Source: Peptococcaceae bacterium 1109 (GTDB taxonomy: Bacteria; Bacillota; Limnochordia; Darwinibacteriales; Darwinibacteriaceae). Taken from it: a stretch of DNA of 64,000 bases. The stretch is taken from positions 13,733 to 77,732 of the forward strand of contig LDJB01000004.1 of the NCBI GenBank assembly GCA_001028815.1, given 5' to 3'. The notes beneath the pieces were generated by a model. The model was not told the DNA's origin. It was given only the letters and a program-made list of their open reading frames with translations, and searched no databases. Shown here in pieces: positions 1 through 10,179 of this stretch. Numbering within the stretch: position 1 is the first letter of the stretch; every line of letters begins with the position of its first letter. The translations under genes and the position numbers were made by a program.

Positions 1-443
1 GGACGGCTCTAGCGTTTCATTATAAAGCAGCAGCCTCTCCAGGGCTTCCAAAACGTTCTCCTCATCGGCTAAGTTAGTGGCGAAAAAGTGGAGGCTTGCT
101 TCGGGCACTACGCCACATCTACTCCCCACAAATACACTGGCAACCGTTGTTCCATGATAGAGGTCAGTGTCATTCACATCCCCTATCTTCTCAAAATGGA
201 CTAAGCGGTCACCGTACTCCTCATGATCCGCCAAAAGGGAACCATCGATAATCGCAACGTTCACACCTTTACCTGTATATCCACGCTCATGTAGGGTCCG
301 AAGGCCTAGCCCAGGTACGATTGCAGACAGATCCTTAACAACCATCACTCTCTGGCTTCCCTGCTGATTTCTGAAGAATGTGTATCCCAGCAAACCAGCT
401 AACCCGAGGACTAGAAGCCCTATGATCACACTGATCTTCTTCA
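1..443 (-). CDS. S8-family (subtilisin-like) serine peptidase, N-terminal part; the gene continues beyond the window start
   Basis: Minus-strand translation from a GTG at about 443, preceded by a GGAGAGGAG RBS. It reads VKKISVIIGLLVLGLAGLL (N-terminal TM anchor) ... GKGVNVAIIDGS (Asp-box) ... YHGTTVASVFVG (His-box), matching the S8 D/H motifs. No stop occurs before position 1. Confidence 0.6.
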
Positions 444-525
444 CAATATGAGTCGCGCTCCTCTCCGGATACGTGTGCACAAGAACGCACAAACACACAT
501 GAAGGTCAAGCAGGACTTGCCTGGA

Positions 526-1137
526 TCACTTCGCCAGGTATAGTGCCTCCACTAAGGCCGCTCCAACAAGGAAAAGCAGTGTCAACAGGGCGAGTATCCT
601 TTCGACACGGGAAAACTTCAGGGAACTGAGGGTATGCTTTTCCACCCACTCCTTGGCGGGAAAACCGTCGGCAACAAGGAGCGACTTGGTAAGAGTCAGT
701 CCGCAAAAAACGGCATAGGCACTTGTCTCCCATAAGCCTATGCGTAAATACTGCAGGTTGGCAGCTGCTATGCTTGGAAAGGGAACCTCAAAGCCATTCG
801 TTCCCGCGACCCAGCCAATGGTAGCTCCTTGAACAAGTAATACCAAGAGGCCAGGGGTCACCGAGCCGAAGCGGACCAAGATATTGCCTGCACCAATGAG
901 CAGCAGCACGATAGCATTTCTGAAAACGATATATCCTAAGGTGCTGGCAACCCCGCCAACTGCCGCGCTGGCAGGCGCTATAGCGGGCACATCTTGCCAC
1001 GCGCCAGGCCTGGCCAGATACCCTATCACGAAAAACACCCAGAGCACAGCCTGCAGCAAGAGCCAGATTATGATCGTTCTCTTTACCGCGCCAACCTGGT
1101 ACAAACCACTAAAGAACCTACCTATAGATTTTGACAT
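526..1137 (-). CDS. Polytopic membrane protein, SpoIIM/DUF95-like
   Basis: 203-aa ORF with about six hydrophobic segments. The stretch FRNAIVLLLIGAGNILVRFGSVTPGLLVLLVQGATIGWVAG resembles the SpoIIM/DUF95 IFxNN...G..G...NG..G signature. The call rests on memory of family motifs. Confidence 0.45.
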   Translation of the reverse strand: MSKSIGRFFSGLYQVGAVKRTIIIWLLLQAVLWVFFVIGYLARPGAWQDVPAIAPASAAVGGVASTLGYIVFRNAIVLLLIGAGNILVRFGSVTPGLLVLLVQGATIGWVAGTNGFEVPFPSIAAANLQYLRIGLWETSAYAVFCGLTLTKSLLVADGFPAKEWVEKHTLSSLKFSRVERILALLTLLFLVGAALVEALYLAK

Positions 1138-1186
1138 TCTGACACTCCTTCAATTACCCTTCATTACGAGATGCTGTAAGCTCAAT

Positions 1187-4183
1187 CTAGAACGACGTGA
1201 CAAGGCCTACACCAAAGCTTTGGGTATCTGCTAGGGACAGGTTCTTACTGTAATGTGCCTGGATCTTCAGGCCAATGGGCGTTTGGTAAGTTAAGCCCAC
1301 CCCGACGCTGTGAAGTAGGTGACTGTGAGCCCAATCACTTCCATCTTCCCAAATCTTCGCCACCTCATAGTTAACGTGAGCCGCTAAGTCCTGGGTGAAG
1401 TATCGCCGCAGTTCCAGATGGGAGTGTAGATTCATCTCTCCCACAAACATGGGAGAACCTGTCCCCAACTGACCACCGCCACCCAGACGCAGCCTGCGGT
1501 CAAAGGGCGTCCCCCTTTCGGTCCACGCGGCATTTACTTCCACACCGCCAACAAAGCCGCCGCCAAGATAGGATAGATTCCCCGCTCTCACGTGGCAACT
1601 CACATAATTCTCCGCGAAATCTTGCCGGTTCGCTAGGATGGCGACGCCAGCCTGTATGGACGTCCCTTCCTGGGTCCAAGTGGTATTGCCGGGAATACCT
1701 GTCCGCGCCGTGATGGCTAGAGTCACATAATCACCGCTGGGTACTTCTAGGCCTGTTGTAGTCGCTATGCTATCAACCTGGCTTTGTGAATAACCCAGCG
1801 TGAGGCCTATGGCACTGTGTGCCCCAATGGGTATGCTGCTGCTGAACGAAGCATCTTTCCTCTCCAGGCTGTACTCGCTTCCCGCATGCATACCCCAGCG
1901 GACCTTCCCGTGGACCGCCTGCGACTGATACCTTATGGTACTCGGCCATGAGAACAGCGGGAATGTGAGGAAAGCCGTTCTGCTGCGGCTTGGCCCAAAG
2001 CTGTACCCCCCACCGATCGAGGCTAGTGTTCCTGCCACATTGTAATACCGCATAACTATGGTTTGCTGAGAAAGGTTCAGGAAATTTTCCACCACGAACT
2101 GAACGGGGTCCAAGTAAAAGCCGAAGCCTTCACTAATCCGCACAACAATATCGATGGCATTTTCCCCAATGGGAACAACATACATCTGAACCTGATCCAG
2201 TGCGCCCAGGGCATGGAGACGGCGCCTTGCCGCCGCAAACCGTGAGTAATCAAATGGTGAACCTTCCTCAAGCTGGAGAATCCGCGAAACAATCCCTTCA
2301 TTGGTACGGTGGGTTCCCAGAAGGCGAACGTTGGCAATCTTCATACCATGATACTGGCTGTACAGATCCCAATCATTGATGGGGATGGCCTGGGGAGCCT
2401 TAAGGAACCGTGCAAGGGCGCTATCTCCAGTAGTAAAATAATACGAGGACTCGGAGAACTCGAGATAGACAGGCCTGCGCAGGCCTACCTCAGCAAGCTG
2501 ACGGTAAAAGGGAGCGTTGTCAGCCAAATCAGCCACCTCTACCTCTAGCGCCCCTTGATAACACTCCACTGCAGCTTCTCGTTCCCCTGCATTGTCATGC
2601 AAGGAGCCAAGAATGGCTAAGGCTTCTAGTCGGTAAAACGGCTCCGCAGCGCGGGGCATGTCCGCCAGGATCTGGAAGTACCTCTTGGCCTGCCCTTGGT
2701 CCCCCATCCGCAGATAGGTGTGTGCCTTGAGGTTCACTACCGCCTCAGCATGGGAAAGCCCAGGATCAAGCTGGTCAAGATAATCTAGGGTGTCGTCTAG
2801 CCTGTTCTGGGAAAATGCAAGTTTGGCCTTGCGGACAAGCAGCCAGTTGGCGAGGTGGTCATCCTCGACCGTTGGCTCGATGTTGCGCGAAAAGACCGCC
2901 GCATCTTCACCAGCCAGTGCTCTCGCAAGGCTAAAAGCATAGAACTCGTTATCTGGAGCTCCACGCCCATCACCAGGAACGGAAACCCACAGGATCTGTT
3001 CCTCGGGGGAGAACACACAGCTGAGCAAAGTACCGCTGTTGTTAATGCCGTCTAAGAGGCCCTCATATTCGGCACTCCCTGGCCTACCCCGATCCCGCAG
3101 GAGCTCCACCATGGACTCCACCTGAACATCCCCGTACTGGCCGGAAAGGAACTGGGCGAGCCTTTGATCACGGCGTTCAGAGGCCAACCAGCCTGAGGCC
3201 TGGAACTGCCGCATGTACTCACTGTGGTACCGATTTGTGGCCGTTAGCAACCCTTCCTCCGCTTTCCTGATGGCGAAACGGTTGGCATCTACCTCCAGCA
3301 CCACCGCATCAGGGATCTTGCTGTCTGAAATCACGATATTCATGCCGAAGGTTCGTGGCGTGCCCAGTACGATTTCCACCGCTTCATCTAAAGTCGATGC
3401 ATACTGCACGATCTGGCGCAGCAGAAACATCATGGCCATGCCATCGAGGGAGTTGGCTGCTTGATCCACCAAAGAGTAGTTCATGGAAACAGTAATGCCT
3501 TGGTTGTTCATGGCCTGCATTACACCCACGTAAGTGGGGTATGTGTAGGTGATGAACGGAAATCCTTGATCTGGTTCATAGACCACCACATAACCATACT
3601 GCGCCCAATCGATCATGGATATGTTGTCGAGGTTGCGGGCATGATATAGAGATCCGCTAGCTGTAGCCTTGCCAAAGGCTACTATGGAGGTGCATCCGAA
3701 GGCCATGCCAAGGTCCTGGGACACGTTGCTCATTATAACGTCCATAGGATCGGAGTATTGTCCCTCGCTCACTCCAACGATCAAACCCTCTAGCTCCTTC
3801 AAGAAGTCATGGGGGATATTTCTCCGAATCCAGGGAGCCATTTTGTACTGAAAGTAGAATCGCTTGAACCCCTGCACAAGCCGTTCAAATCCTGAAGCTG
3901 GATCATCTAGTGGATTGAGCTCATCCCTCATCTGCAGTAGATGCTCTGCGGGATACAAATGGGTAAGCAGCGTCCCATGCTGCAACCCTATTTCGTAGGG
4001 GGTACCTTTGAGGTGCATGAAGACTATAGGACCGAATGTTTCCACATAACCTTTTCCTGCCTGGAACCTGTTGCCAACTTGCTCAACTGGCAACTCGGGG
4101 GAGCTCTGCGCCAGGCCAGAAAGGAGCACCACTAAGGTCCACGCAATAACCAAAACCCGTCTTGCTCGCTGAACGTCGTCCAT
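1187..4183 (-). CDS. Secreted C45-family (acyl-CoA:6-APA acyltransferase-like) Ntn-hydrolase fused to TPR repeats, a POTRA domain and an Omp85/D15-type outer-membrane beta-barrel
   Basis: 998 aa with a signal peptide (MDDVQRARRVLVIAWTLVVLLSGLAQSS). It carries the C45 autoproteolytic Gly-Cys nucleophile motif (MAFGCTSIVAFG) and a central TPR-like helical region. A POTRA-like beta-alpha-alpha-beta-beta unit follows (MKIANVRLLGTHRTNEGIVSRIL...MYVVPIGENAIDIVVRISEG). The C-terminal ~350 aa alternate amphipathic beta-strands and end in ...GVGLVTSF, the terminal Phe typical of OM barrels. The stop is TAG. Confidence 0.8.
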   Translation of the reverse strand: MDDVQRARRVLVIAWTLVVLLSGLAQSSPELPVEQVGNRFQAGKGYVETFGPIVFMHLKGTPYEIGLQHGTLLTHLYPAEHLLQMRDELNPLDDPASGFERLVQGFKRFYFQYKMAPWIRRNIPHDFLKELEGLIVGVSEGQYSDPMDVIMSNVSQDLGMAFGCTSIVAFGKATASGSLYHARNLDNISMIDWAQYGYVVVYEPDQGFPFITYTYPTYVGVMQAMNNQGITVSMNYSLVDQAANSLDGMAMMFLLRQIVQYASTLDEAVEIVLGTPRTFGMNIVISDSKIPDAVVLEVDANRFAIRKAEEGLLTATNRYHSEYMRQFQASGWLASERRDQRLAQFLSGQYGDVQVESMVELLRDRGRPGSAEYEGLLDGINNSGTLLSCVFSPEEQILWVSVPGDGRGAPDNEFYAFSLARALAGEDAAVFSRNIEPTVEDDHLANWLLVRKAKLAFSQNRLDDTLDYLDQLDPGLSHAEAVVNLKAHTYLRMGDQGQAKRYFQILADMPRAAEPFYRLEALAILGSLHDNAGEREAAVECYQGALEVEVADLADNAPFYRQLAEVGLRRPVYLEFSESSYYFTTGDSALARFLKAPQAIPINDWDLYSQYHGMKIANVRLLGTHRTNEGIVSRILQLEEGSPFDYSRFAAARRRLHALGALDQVQMYVVPIGENAIDIVVRISEGFGFYLDPVQFVVENFLNLSQQTIVMRYYNVAGTLASIGGGYSFGPSRSRTAFLTFPLFSWPSTIRYQSQAVHGKVRWGMHAGSEYSLERKDASFSSSIPIGAHSAIGLTLGYSQSQVDSIATTTGLEVPSGDYVTLAITARTGIPGNTTWTQEGTSIQAGVAILANRQDFAENYVSCHVRAGNLSYLGGGFVGGVEVNAAWTERGTPFDRRLRLGGGGQLGTGSPMFVGEMNLHSHLELRRYFTQDLAAHVNYEVAKIWEDGSDWAHSHLLHSVGVGLTYQTPIGLKIQAHYSKNLSLADTQSFGVGLVTSF

Positions 4184-4635
4184 GCCGTCCTATCATCTCC
4201 CGTTATGGACTGTTGGCAGTCATTGCCAACCCTGTGAGCATTCTTCAGCGAGGAGTACTATCCTGCCGTGAATAACAATGTTTCGGATTTTTTCAACTTT
4301 AAGTGGGCGGTAGCAGACGGAAGGCCGCAAGTGCACCAAAAAGAAAAAGACGCAGAATTCACCAGAATGCTGCGCCCTAAATGTGTTGCCGAATAGGGAT
4401 GGCGTGTAAGGAGCCACCGTCCGTTCACCTTTTCCGCAAAGAAGACCATCTCTCTGCGTTCGTTCACGCTTACCTCAAGGACATCGGTCCAAATAACTGC
4501 TCTACTGTAATCCCTGCCGGAGTATGTGACATCGCGAACACCAATCAATGCCAATCCAGGATAGTCGGGACGCCAGTATAGGGATCCCAGGAGCTTGAGC
4601 CAGAAAGCAGAGCGGTGCTTGAGAAATCAGACATG

Positions 4636-5562
4636 CTAGTAGCTCCTCAACGCCTCTACGAAAAGCGGCCAGAAGCGACGTTGATCGAGGGTCAGGGCGA
4701 CATCTGCATTCGGTTCTCTGCCCGTGATGCCGTAAAAATCGCAGACAGTACGTCCATAACACAGCCCAGGAGTGGTCTCGATATCCACTCGCATGGGCGT
4801 GGTTTCAATCAAGCTCGGATCAATGGCATACGCCACTGCACAGACATCATGTACAGGCGGCCCCGAAAAACCCATCAGCTGACGGTAGGCTTCGCCATAG
4901 TCGGAGAGTAGCTGGGTCACCAAGTGTGCCACGGGCGTTCCTATCATGCGGACCTCTTCCGCGACTTCAGGTGAAACCATAGCTTGGTGCGTGAGCTCGA
5001 GGCCGATCATGGTTATCGGAACACCGCTCTCAAAGACGATCTTAGCCGCCTCTGGATCAGCGTATATGTTGAACTCCGCGGCGGGCGTGAAGTTTCCCAC
5101 GCCAATAGAACCACCCATCAGGATGATTTCCTTTATTCCCCGTTTGGTGTTAGGCTCCCTGAGCAAAGCCATGGCAATGTTGCTCAGCGGCGCCACGGGA
5201 ATAAGGGTGAGATCGCCATCTGCCTCTAGGCAGGCCCTGATCAAAAAGTCCACCGCGTGTTCCGCTTCAGCCTTGCGCGCTGCTGGTGGAAAAACCACAC
5301 TGCCGAGCCCCGAATCGCCATGGATAAAATCAGAAACGAGTGGCTCCCTAACCAATGGCCTTGCCATGCCCGCATAGATTGGCACGCTAATACCCGCAAG
5401 GCTGCACACATCGATAGTGTTGGCCACCGTCTTTTCCAGAACCTGATTGCCAGCAGTCACGGTGATGGCCTGTAGATCAAGGCTTTGGTGAGCCGCGGCC
5501 AGTAGAATGGCCATAGCATCGTCATGGCCCGTATCTACGTCCAAGATGACCTTCCTGCGCAC
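4636..5562 (-). CDS. Inosine-uridine-preferring nucleoside hydrolase (IUNH family)
   Basis: 308 aa. The N-terminal VILDVDTGHDDAMAIL is the DxDxxxDD Ca-binding signature of nucleoside hydrolases. The stop is TAG. Confidence 0.85.
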   Translation of the reverse strand: MRRKVILDVDTGHDDAMAILLAAAHQSLDLQAITVTAGNQVLEKTVANTIDVCSLAGISVPIYAGMARPLVREPLVSDFIHGDSGLGSVVFPPAARKAEAEHAVDFLIRACLEADGDLTLIPVAPLSNIAMALLREPNTKRGIKEIILMGGSIGVGNFTPAAEFNIYADPEAAKIVFESGVPITMIGLELTHQAMVSPEVAEEVRMIGTPVAHLVTQLLSDYGEAYRQLMGFSGPPVHDVCAVAYAIDPSLIETTPMRVDIETTPGLCYGRTVCDFYGITGREPNADVALTLDQRRFWPLFVEALRSY

Positions 5563-5649
5563 ACGGTATCACTCCCCTGCTGCAGTGCCTTGAGAGCAAT
5601 TGTACCATGCGGTAGCCGGCGTGGAACCTTATCCATCCAAAAGTACCCA

Positions 5650-6444
5650 CTATGCCAAAGTGTCCACTCTCCAGACACCTCTTGCTACACCAAGCTGCGT
5701 GACGCCGCTTACCCGCTGAAACCCGCTAGACCGCACCTGTTTCCCAAACCTACCGGGCTTTTCCACCGCCAAATCTTCGTACGCGCTCAGGATATCAAAG
5801 GCCAGGCCAAGCTTACGGTTCACATCCGCATACCGGAAACCAAGATTGTCCAGGCCCAATCCTTGACTAGAGAAATCCAGCATTCTGTGGTCTGCGAAAA
5901 GCCCAGGGTCCACCTTTCGCAGCCTCGCTGCGACAACCTTCGTGAATTCCCCGCCTGTCAGCCCAGAGTAGAGAAGGAAAACCGTATCGACCAGTTCGTC
6001 ATACATTTTGGTTAGCTCATCTGTGATTCCTTGGATGGTGCCGGTCGTTGACCGCATCTCCTCCTCCAAGGATGCCAGCGTTTCGTAATCGGCCCCATCT
6101 TCTAACGCTTGTTGGTAGCGGGCATCCTGTTCCTTGAGGCGCTCGAGATGCGTAGCCAAACATATCTTCAAACTTGATTTCAGTCCAGAAGCCGCGGAAG
6201 CGATTGCCCGCAGTCCCCCCTTGATGAGCGCTCCTCTAGGCTGCTGCGCGGATGAACTGCGCCGCAAACATACCCCTTTGGCCCCGCGCATGCCCTTGCC
6301 AAGCACCTGTTGGGGCCGCTTGTTCAGCTTGCTGCCCCTATCAACGCACCGCTGAGCACCAAGACCACCTGCAGCGCTGAGCGGCCTTCCAGCACCGACT
6401 GCTGATTGCATGAATGGCAATGCAGATCCACTTCTGACTATCAC
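5650..6444 (-). CDS. Hypothetical protein with uncertain start; an internal ATG at 6057 has a GGAGGAGGAG RBS
   Basis: Long minus-strand ORF whose N-terminal ~60 aa are low-complexity and Gly/Arg-rich. A plausible shorter product begins at MRSTTGTIQGITDELTKMYDEL, directly preceded by GGAGGAGGAG. No family was recognised. Confidence 0.35.
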   Translation of the reverse strand: MIVRSGSALPFMQSAVGAGRPLSAAGGLGAQRCVDRGSKLNKRPQQVLGKGMRGAKGVCLRRSSSAQQPRGALIKGGLRAIASAASGLKSSLKICLATHLERLKEQDARYQQALEDGADYETLASLEEEMRSTTGTIQGITDELTKMYDELVDTVFLLYSGLTGGEFTKVVAARLRKVDPGLFADHRMLDFSSQGLGLDNLGFRYADVNRKLGLAFDILSAYEDLAVEKPGRFGKQVRSSGFQRVSGVTQLGVARGVWRVDTLA

Positions 6445-6999
6445 AGTACTTCCTCCCCACAGTGCGCTAATCCTGGCTTTGTTATTTATATCGGCAAGCC
6501 ATGCCCATTGCTTCAGCTGCAGCCACTCTACCGGTCATGCTCGTATTTGAGCATGAGGGTTATCACTGGTTCGTTCTTGTCCCCGCCGTGGCTCAAACCC
6601 ACAACGGCCATCCTTTCCTCAAGCCTAGGCGCTCCCATGACAAAACCAACGTTAACGGCAGAAGAACGCGCCTTCCTAGAAAGAGCAGCCCTCAGAAGGC
6701 TGAACAAGATGTCCAGTCCCCAGCGAGACAGTGAGCCGCTCCCAAAGGTGCGAACCGGCACTGCCCTCTAGGCTAAGCCCGTGGCGGAAGTTGACGAGGG
6801 CCGAGGGATGTTCAGAAGCCTTAGGACAAAACCACGCCGTTCCGCCGGTGTTTCAAACCACAAGTACAGATTTCTCATACCGCAGCCCCCTTCCGTTTTC
6901 TCTATTAGGATGGATACCCACGCGTTTTCGGAGCAGTTACGGCTGAGCGCCACGGAACGGCTCTATACGACGAAAGCCAGGCATATGGCCTGGCCCATT

Positions 7000-7614
7000 T
7001 CAACTTCTCCCGTCTTTTCTCCAATAGTATATCGCCAACTGGGTGCGATCCCTTAACTGCAGCTTATCTAGGATGACGGATAGGGTGTTGCGCACCGTTC
7101 CCTCACTGATGAACAACTGCTGAGCGATCTCCCGGTTAGACAAGCCTTCAGCCACGAGTTCCGCAACCTCCTGCTCCCTCGCGGTTAGAAGCTCCATGGC
7201 ATCGTTCTTGGGTTCCACAAGCTCCTTGAGCACATCGCAGGCGACAACGGCGGTGCCTGCTGTCAGGCCGCACAACTGTTGAGCCATGGCCGATACTTCC
7301 TGCGACTTGAGCAAGTAGCCTTCTGCGCCTGCCCGGATGGCTAACCGGATGTTCTTCTCATCCTTGAATGTGGTGAGCATCACTACCCGAGCGGCAGGCC
7401 AGTTCTGCTTGATCTGGCGGGTAGCTTGGATTCCGTCCATCATAGGCATCTGGATGTCCATTAATACCACATCAGGAAGGGCCTCATGGCACTTGGCGAT
7501 GGCTTCCGCACCATTTAGGGCAGTTCCCATCACTTCCATATCTCGTTCCCGGGACAACAATACCTCAAGACTCTTGCACACCAAGGGATCGTCATCCACA
7601 ATTAAAATCCTCAC
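7000..7614 (-). CDS. Response regulator, NarL/LuxR family (receiver plus LuxR-type HTH)
   Basis: MRILIVDDDPLV...DVVLMDIQMPMMDG receiver domain followed by a C-terminal LTAREQEVAELVAEGLSNREIAQQLFISEGTVRNTLSVILDKL LuxR-type HTH. It overlaps the upstream kinase gene by 4 bp (ATGA). Confidence 0.9.
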   Translation of the reverse strand: MRILIVDDDPLVCKSLEVLLSRERDMEVMGTALNGAEAIAKCHEALPDVVLMDIQMPMMDGIQATRQIKQNWPAARVVMLTTFKDEKNIRLAIRAGAEGYLLKSQEVSAMAQQLCGLTAGTAVVACDVLKELVEPKNDAMELLTAREQEVAELVAEGLSNREIAQQLFISEGTVRNTLSVILDKLQLRDRTQLAIYYWRKDGRS

Positions 7615-8735
7615 GCTTCGTCCTCCCTAGTGTCCCCTATGCCATTTCTCTGTCGGAGAGGCAGAACACACACCAAGCGAAAACCGTTAGTGTCATTGAC
7701 GGAAATACTCCCCCCAACCGCTCGGGCACGCTGCCGCAAGTTCCGCAGCCCTACACCGTCCTTGGCGCGGCCCACAGCTTCCCCATCATTTTGCACGCAC
7801 AGCCTGACGATAAACGGGTTGACGTCCAGGACAACGTCCACTTGCGTGGCCTGGGAATGTCGAATTACATTTGTCAGCCCTTCCTTCAGGCAAGCCTCCA
7901 GCACACTCCAAAGATACACAGGTAGGTCGGAAGTGTCGCCAAACACATGCAACTGCAGTGGGCAAGCTGTGAACCCTCGGCAGATCTCCTCAAACCGCTC
8001 AATGCCCACAAACGCAAGGGGCTTAATGCGGTGAGCGGCTTCCCGAAGCTGCCTCGCGCTCTTGGTCAGCCGTTCTTTGGTGTGAGACAGCATCTCAGCA
8101 GCTAGAGGATCTCTTTCCTCCCACAGTCTCTCAAATGCTTGGAGGGCTAGAACGGCGCCCGTGAGTTCGTGGCCAACATTGTCATGCAGGTCCTGAGCAA
8201 TCCGATTGCGCTCTGTTATTTCCGCCATGCGCGCTATACGTACATTCGCTGTGAGTAATTCTGCCCGAAGGCTTTCCAGCTCATAGCGCTCCCGCCGCTG
8301 GCGGTCTGCCTCTGCACGATACAGGCCTACTTCCCCAGCCCATTCTCGAATAACCCAACCAGAAAGCGCGGCCTGAAGAAGGACGGCCACTAAAGGGAAA
8401 GAGGGTTGGAAATAGATGCAACCGATCATTCCTGGAATAACCAGCCAAGCCCTCCCTTCCCGTACGGCTTCAAATAGGGGAAGGCCCAATCCGTATACGG
8501 CGCCGGGCCAAAAGGGAACAGTCCCAAAGCAGAATAGCTGGTCAAGGAGTACTGTCCATCCAGGCAAAGCGAAGCGCCAGCGCGCCACTGCCATGATGGC
8601 CAGCAGCAGAAGAAGGACCACGCCCGCCTCCCCACCAGGGCCACTCAGCCACAGCAGAGTCAGCAGCAGCAGTCCCGAGACTCGCCAAATCGCTGTACTT
8701 GTTCGGGGATCCAATTGTCGCCACCCATGACCCAT
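7611..8735 (-). CDS. Sensor histidine kinase of the HisKA_3/DesK-LiaS type
   Basis: N-terminal TM segments, an H-box (AQDLHDNVGHELTGAVLALQ) and a C-terminal HATPase region (GLTNVIRHSQA...NDGEAVG...GVGLRNLRQRARAVGGSISV). Confidence 0.85.
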   Translation of the reverse strand: MGHGWRQLDPRTSTAIWRVSGLLLLTLLWLSGPGGEAGVVLLLLLAIMAVARWRFALPGWTVLLDQLFCFGTVPFWPGAVYGLGLPLFEAVREGRAWLVIPGMIGCIYFQPSFPLVAVLLQAALSGWVIREWAGEVGLYRAEADRQRRERYELESLRAELLTANVRIARMAEITERNRIAQDLHDNVGHELTGAVLALQAFERLWEERDPLAAEMLSHTKERLTKSARQLREAAHRIKPLAFVGIERFEEICRGFTACPLQLHVFGDTSDLPVYLWSVLEACLKEGLTNVIRHSQATQVDVVLDVNPFIVRLCVQNDGEAVGRAKDGVGLRNLRQRARAVGGSISVNDTNGFRLVCVLPLRQRNGIGDTREDEA

Positions 8736-8759
8736 AGCCCCACACCTTAACGTTCTGAT

Positions 8760-9446
8760 CTAGATGAGCCGCCTCATACTGCCCAGCAGTACAAACGCCG
8801 CACTGTACAGGAGCATCAAACCCAGAGGGAGCCCCAGCCCCAGCAAACGGGCCCCGTCCGCTGCGGACAGGAGTCCCTTAGTCAACCAATACGTGGGCAC
8901 CAACATCGCCAGGCGCTGAAATAGGGAAGGCATAGCCTGTACTGGCCACATTATCCCCCCAAGCATCATCATCAAAGGGATGACGCCAGTAATGGTGGCA
9001 ACCGCCCCTTCTCTATTACGAAACAGCGAAAACCATGCCAGGGAAAAACCTAGAGAGGCGATGGAAAAACAGGAAAAAACCAGGAAGAGCGTCCCCGGGG
9101 CCACCAAACGGTTCCCATGCACCGCGGTGCCCAGGGCAACGACAATTCCGCTCACACCAACGAGAATCAACGCGAAGGCCGCCAAGGTCTGCCAAAGATA
9201 CTGAGAGTGTTTGACTGGCGCTAGCCCAATGCGGAGCAATGTACCCTTGATCCTGTCTTCCATAACTATAGTGCCCATCCTCGCAGCGATGAACATTAGC
9301 ACCATCCCGAAATACTGGAACCCCATTGGTAAAGGGAACCAACCACTAGGAGGCATAAATACCACGGCGATTGGGAGCAGCGTGACCAACAGGATATTGG
9401 CCGGGTTTCGGAGGAATCGCTTCAGTACGAACCGGAAAATCGTCAT
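8760..9446 (-). CDS. ABC-2 type transporter permease
   Basis: Six-TM hydrophobic protein. The preferred start is MTIFRFVLKRFLRNP at 9446, which has a GGAGGAGG RBS and ATGA coupling to the upstream permease stop. Confidence 0.75.
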   Translation of the reverse strand: MTIFRFVLKRFLRNPANILLVTLLPIAVVFMPPSGWFPLPMGFQYFGMVLMFIAARMGTIVMEDRIKGTLLRIGLAPVKHSQYLWQTLAAFALILVGVSGIVVALGTAVHGNRLVAPGTLFLVFSCFSIASLGFSLAWFSLFRNREGAVATITGVIPLMMMLGGIMWPVQAMPSLFQRLAMLVPTYWLTKGLLSAADGARLLGLGLPLGLMLLYSAAFVLLGSMRRLI

Positions 9447-10177
9447 GCAAGCTTCCTCCTCCCGAAGTAGATAGAAGCCCACACCAACGCTACAGAGGCC
9501 AGCAACAGAATGGCAAGGCTATACAGCGCCTCGTTCCCATACCGGCCTGTCATAATATACAGCATCACGTTCCGCGATAATGACAGCGGGTTTCCGTACT
9601 TGGTCAGGAAGTTGAACACTGTGGTGTTAGGAAGCTGGAACCATATGCCCGCAAGGGCAAAAGAGCCCAAGCCATAAACCTCTCCCAATCTTTCTCCCAG
9701 CTTGTCGGACTTCACACCCAACGCGATCAGCATATAAACTAGCTGGTTGAGGGCGGAGAAGAACACAAGAAGTACCAAGATAGAGAGGAAACTGCCCCAA
9801 CGTACGCGGTAAACCCAATGGGTGTACAGGACCATAGCAAAGCCCTGCAGGGCGCTGAACAACGAAGATGATATGAGGATGGAAAGGGCATGGTAAAAAG
9901 GCGGATAGGGTAGTGAGTATAGCCGCCACTTTCTGGGAGAAAACAGATCGCTTCGCAGAAAATCAAGAGTGTAGTTTCCCCCGAAAAGTTGGAAGGCAAA
10001 GATGATGATCATAGCCACGCCATCTATAGCTGGGATGCCGAGCTTAGGATCAATCCCATCGCCCACCACTAGGCCTATTACACTGATCAATGCTAATGGC
10101 AATACCACCAAGATAGCCAGGCCAAGATACCCTCGCAGCAGTCTCCGGAACATGTAGTTGCTTGCTCTTAACAGCAT
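9443..10177 (-). CDS. ABC-2 type transporter permease
   Basis: 244-aa polytopic membrane protein located between the ABC ATPase and the second permease, in a tight operon. Confidence 0.75.
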   Translation of the reverse strand: MLLRASNYMFRRLLRGYLGLAILVVLPLALISVIGLVVGDGIDPKLGIPAIDGVAMIIIFAFQLFGGNYTLDFLRSDLFSPRKWRLYSLPYPPFYHALSILISSSLFSALQGFAMVLYTHWVYRVRWGSFLSILVLLVFFSALNQLVYMLIALGVKSDKLGERLGEVYGLGSFALAGIWFQLPNTTVFNFLTKYGNPLSLSRNVMLYIMTGRYGNEALYSLAILLLASVALVWASIYFGRRKLA

Positions 10178-10179
10178 AT

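Noticed and set aside
4258-4634. Possible small gene directly downstream of the nucleoside hydrolase, with an ATG one nucleotide after its stop
   Set aside because: Codon-by-codon checking showed the ATG is not in frame with the listed TTG-start ORF 4258..4554, because a TGA intervenes. The remaining 98-aa TTG ORF has no RBS or family signal. It is left uncalled.
5524-6015. 163-aa plus-strand ORF
   Set aside because: It is antisense to the 5650..6444 ORF. Its composition is not protein-like (Cys/Pro/His-rich without pattern).
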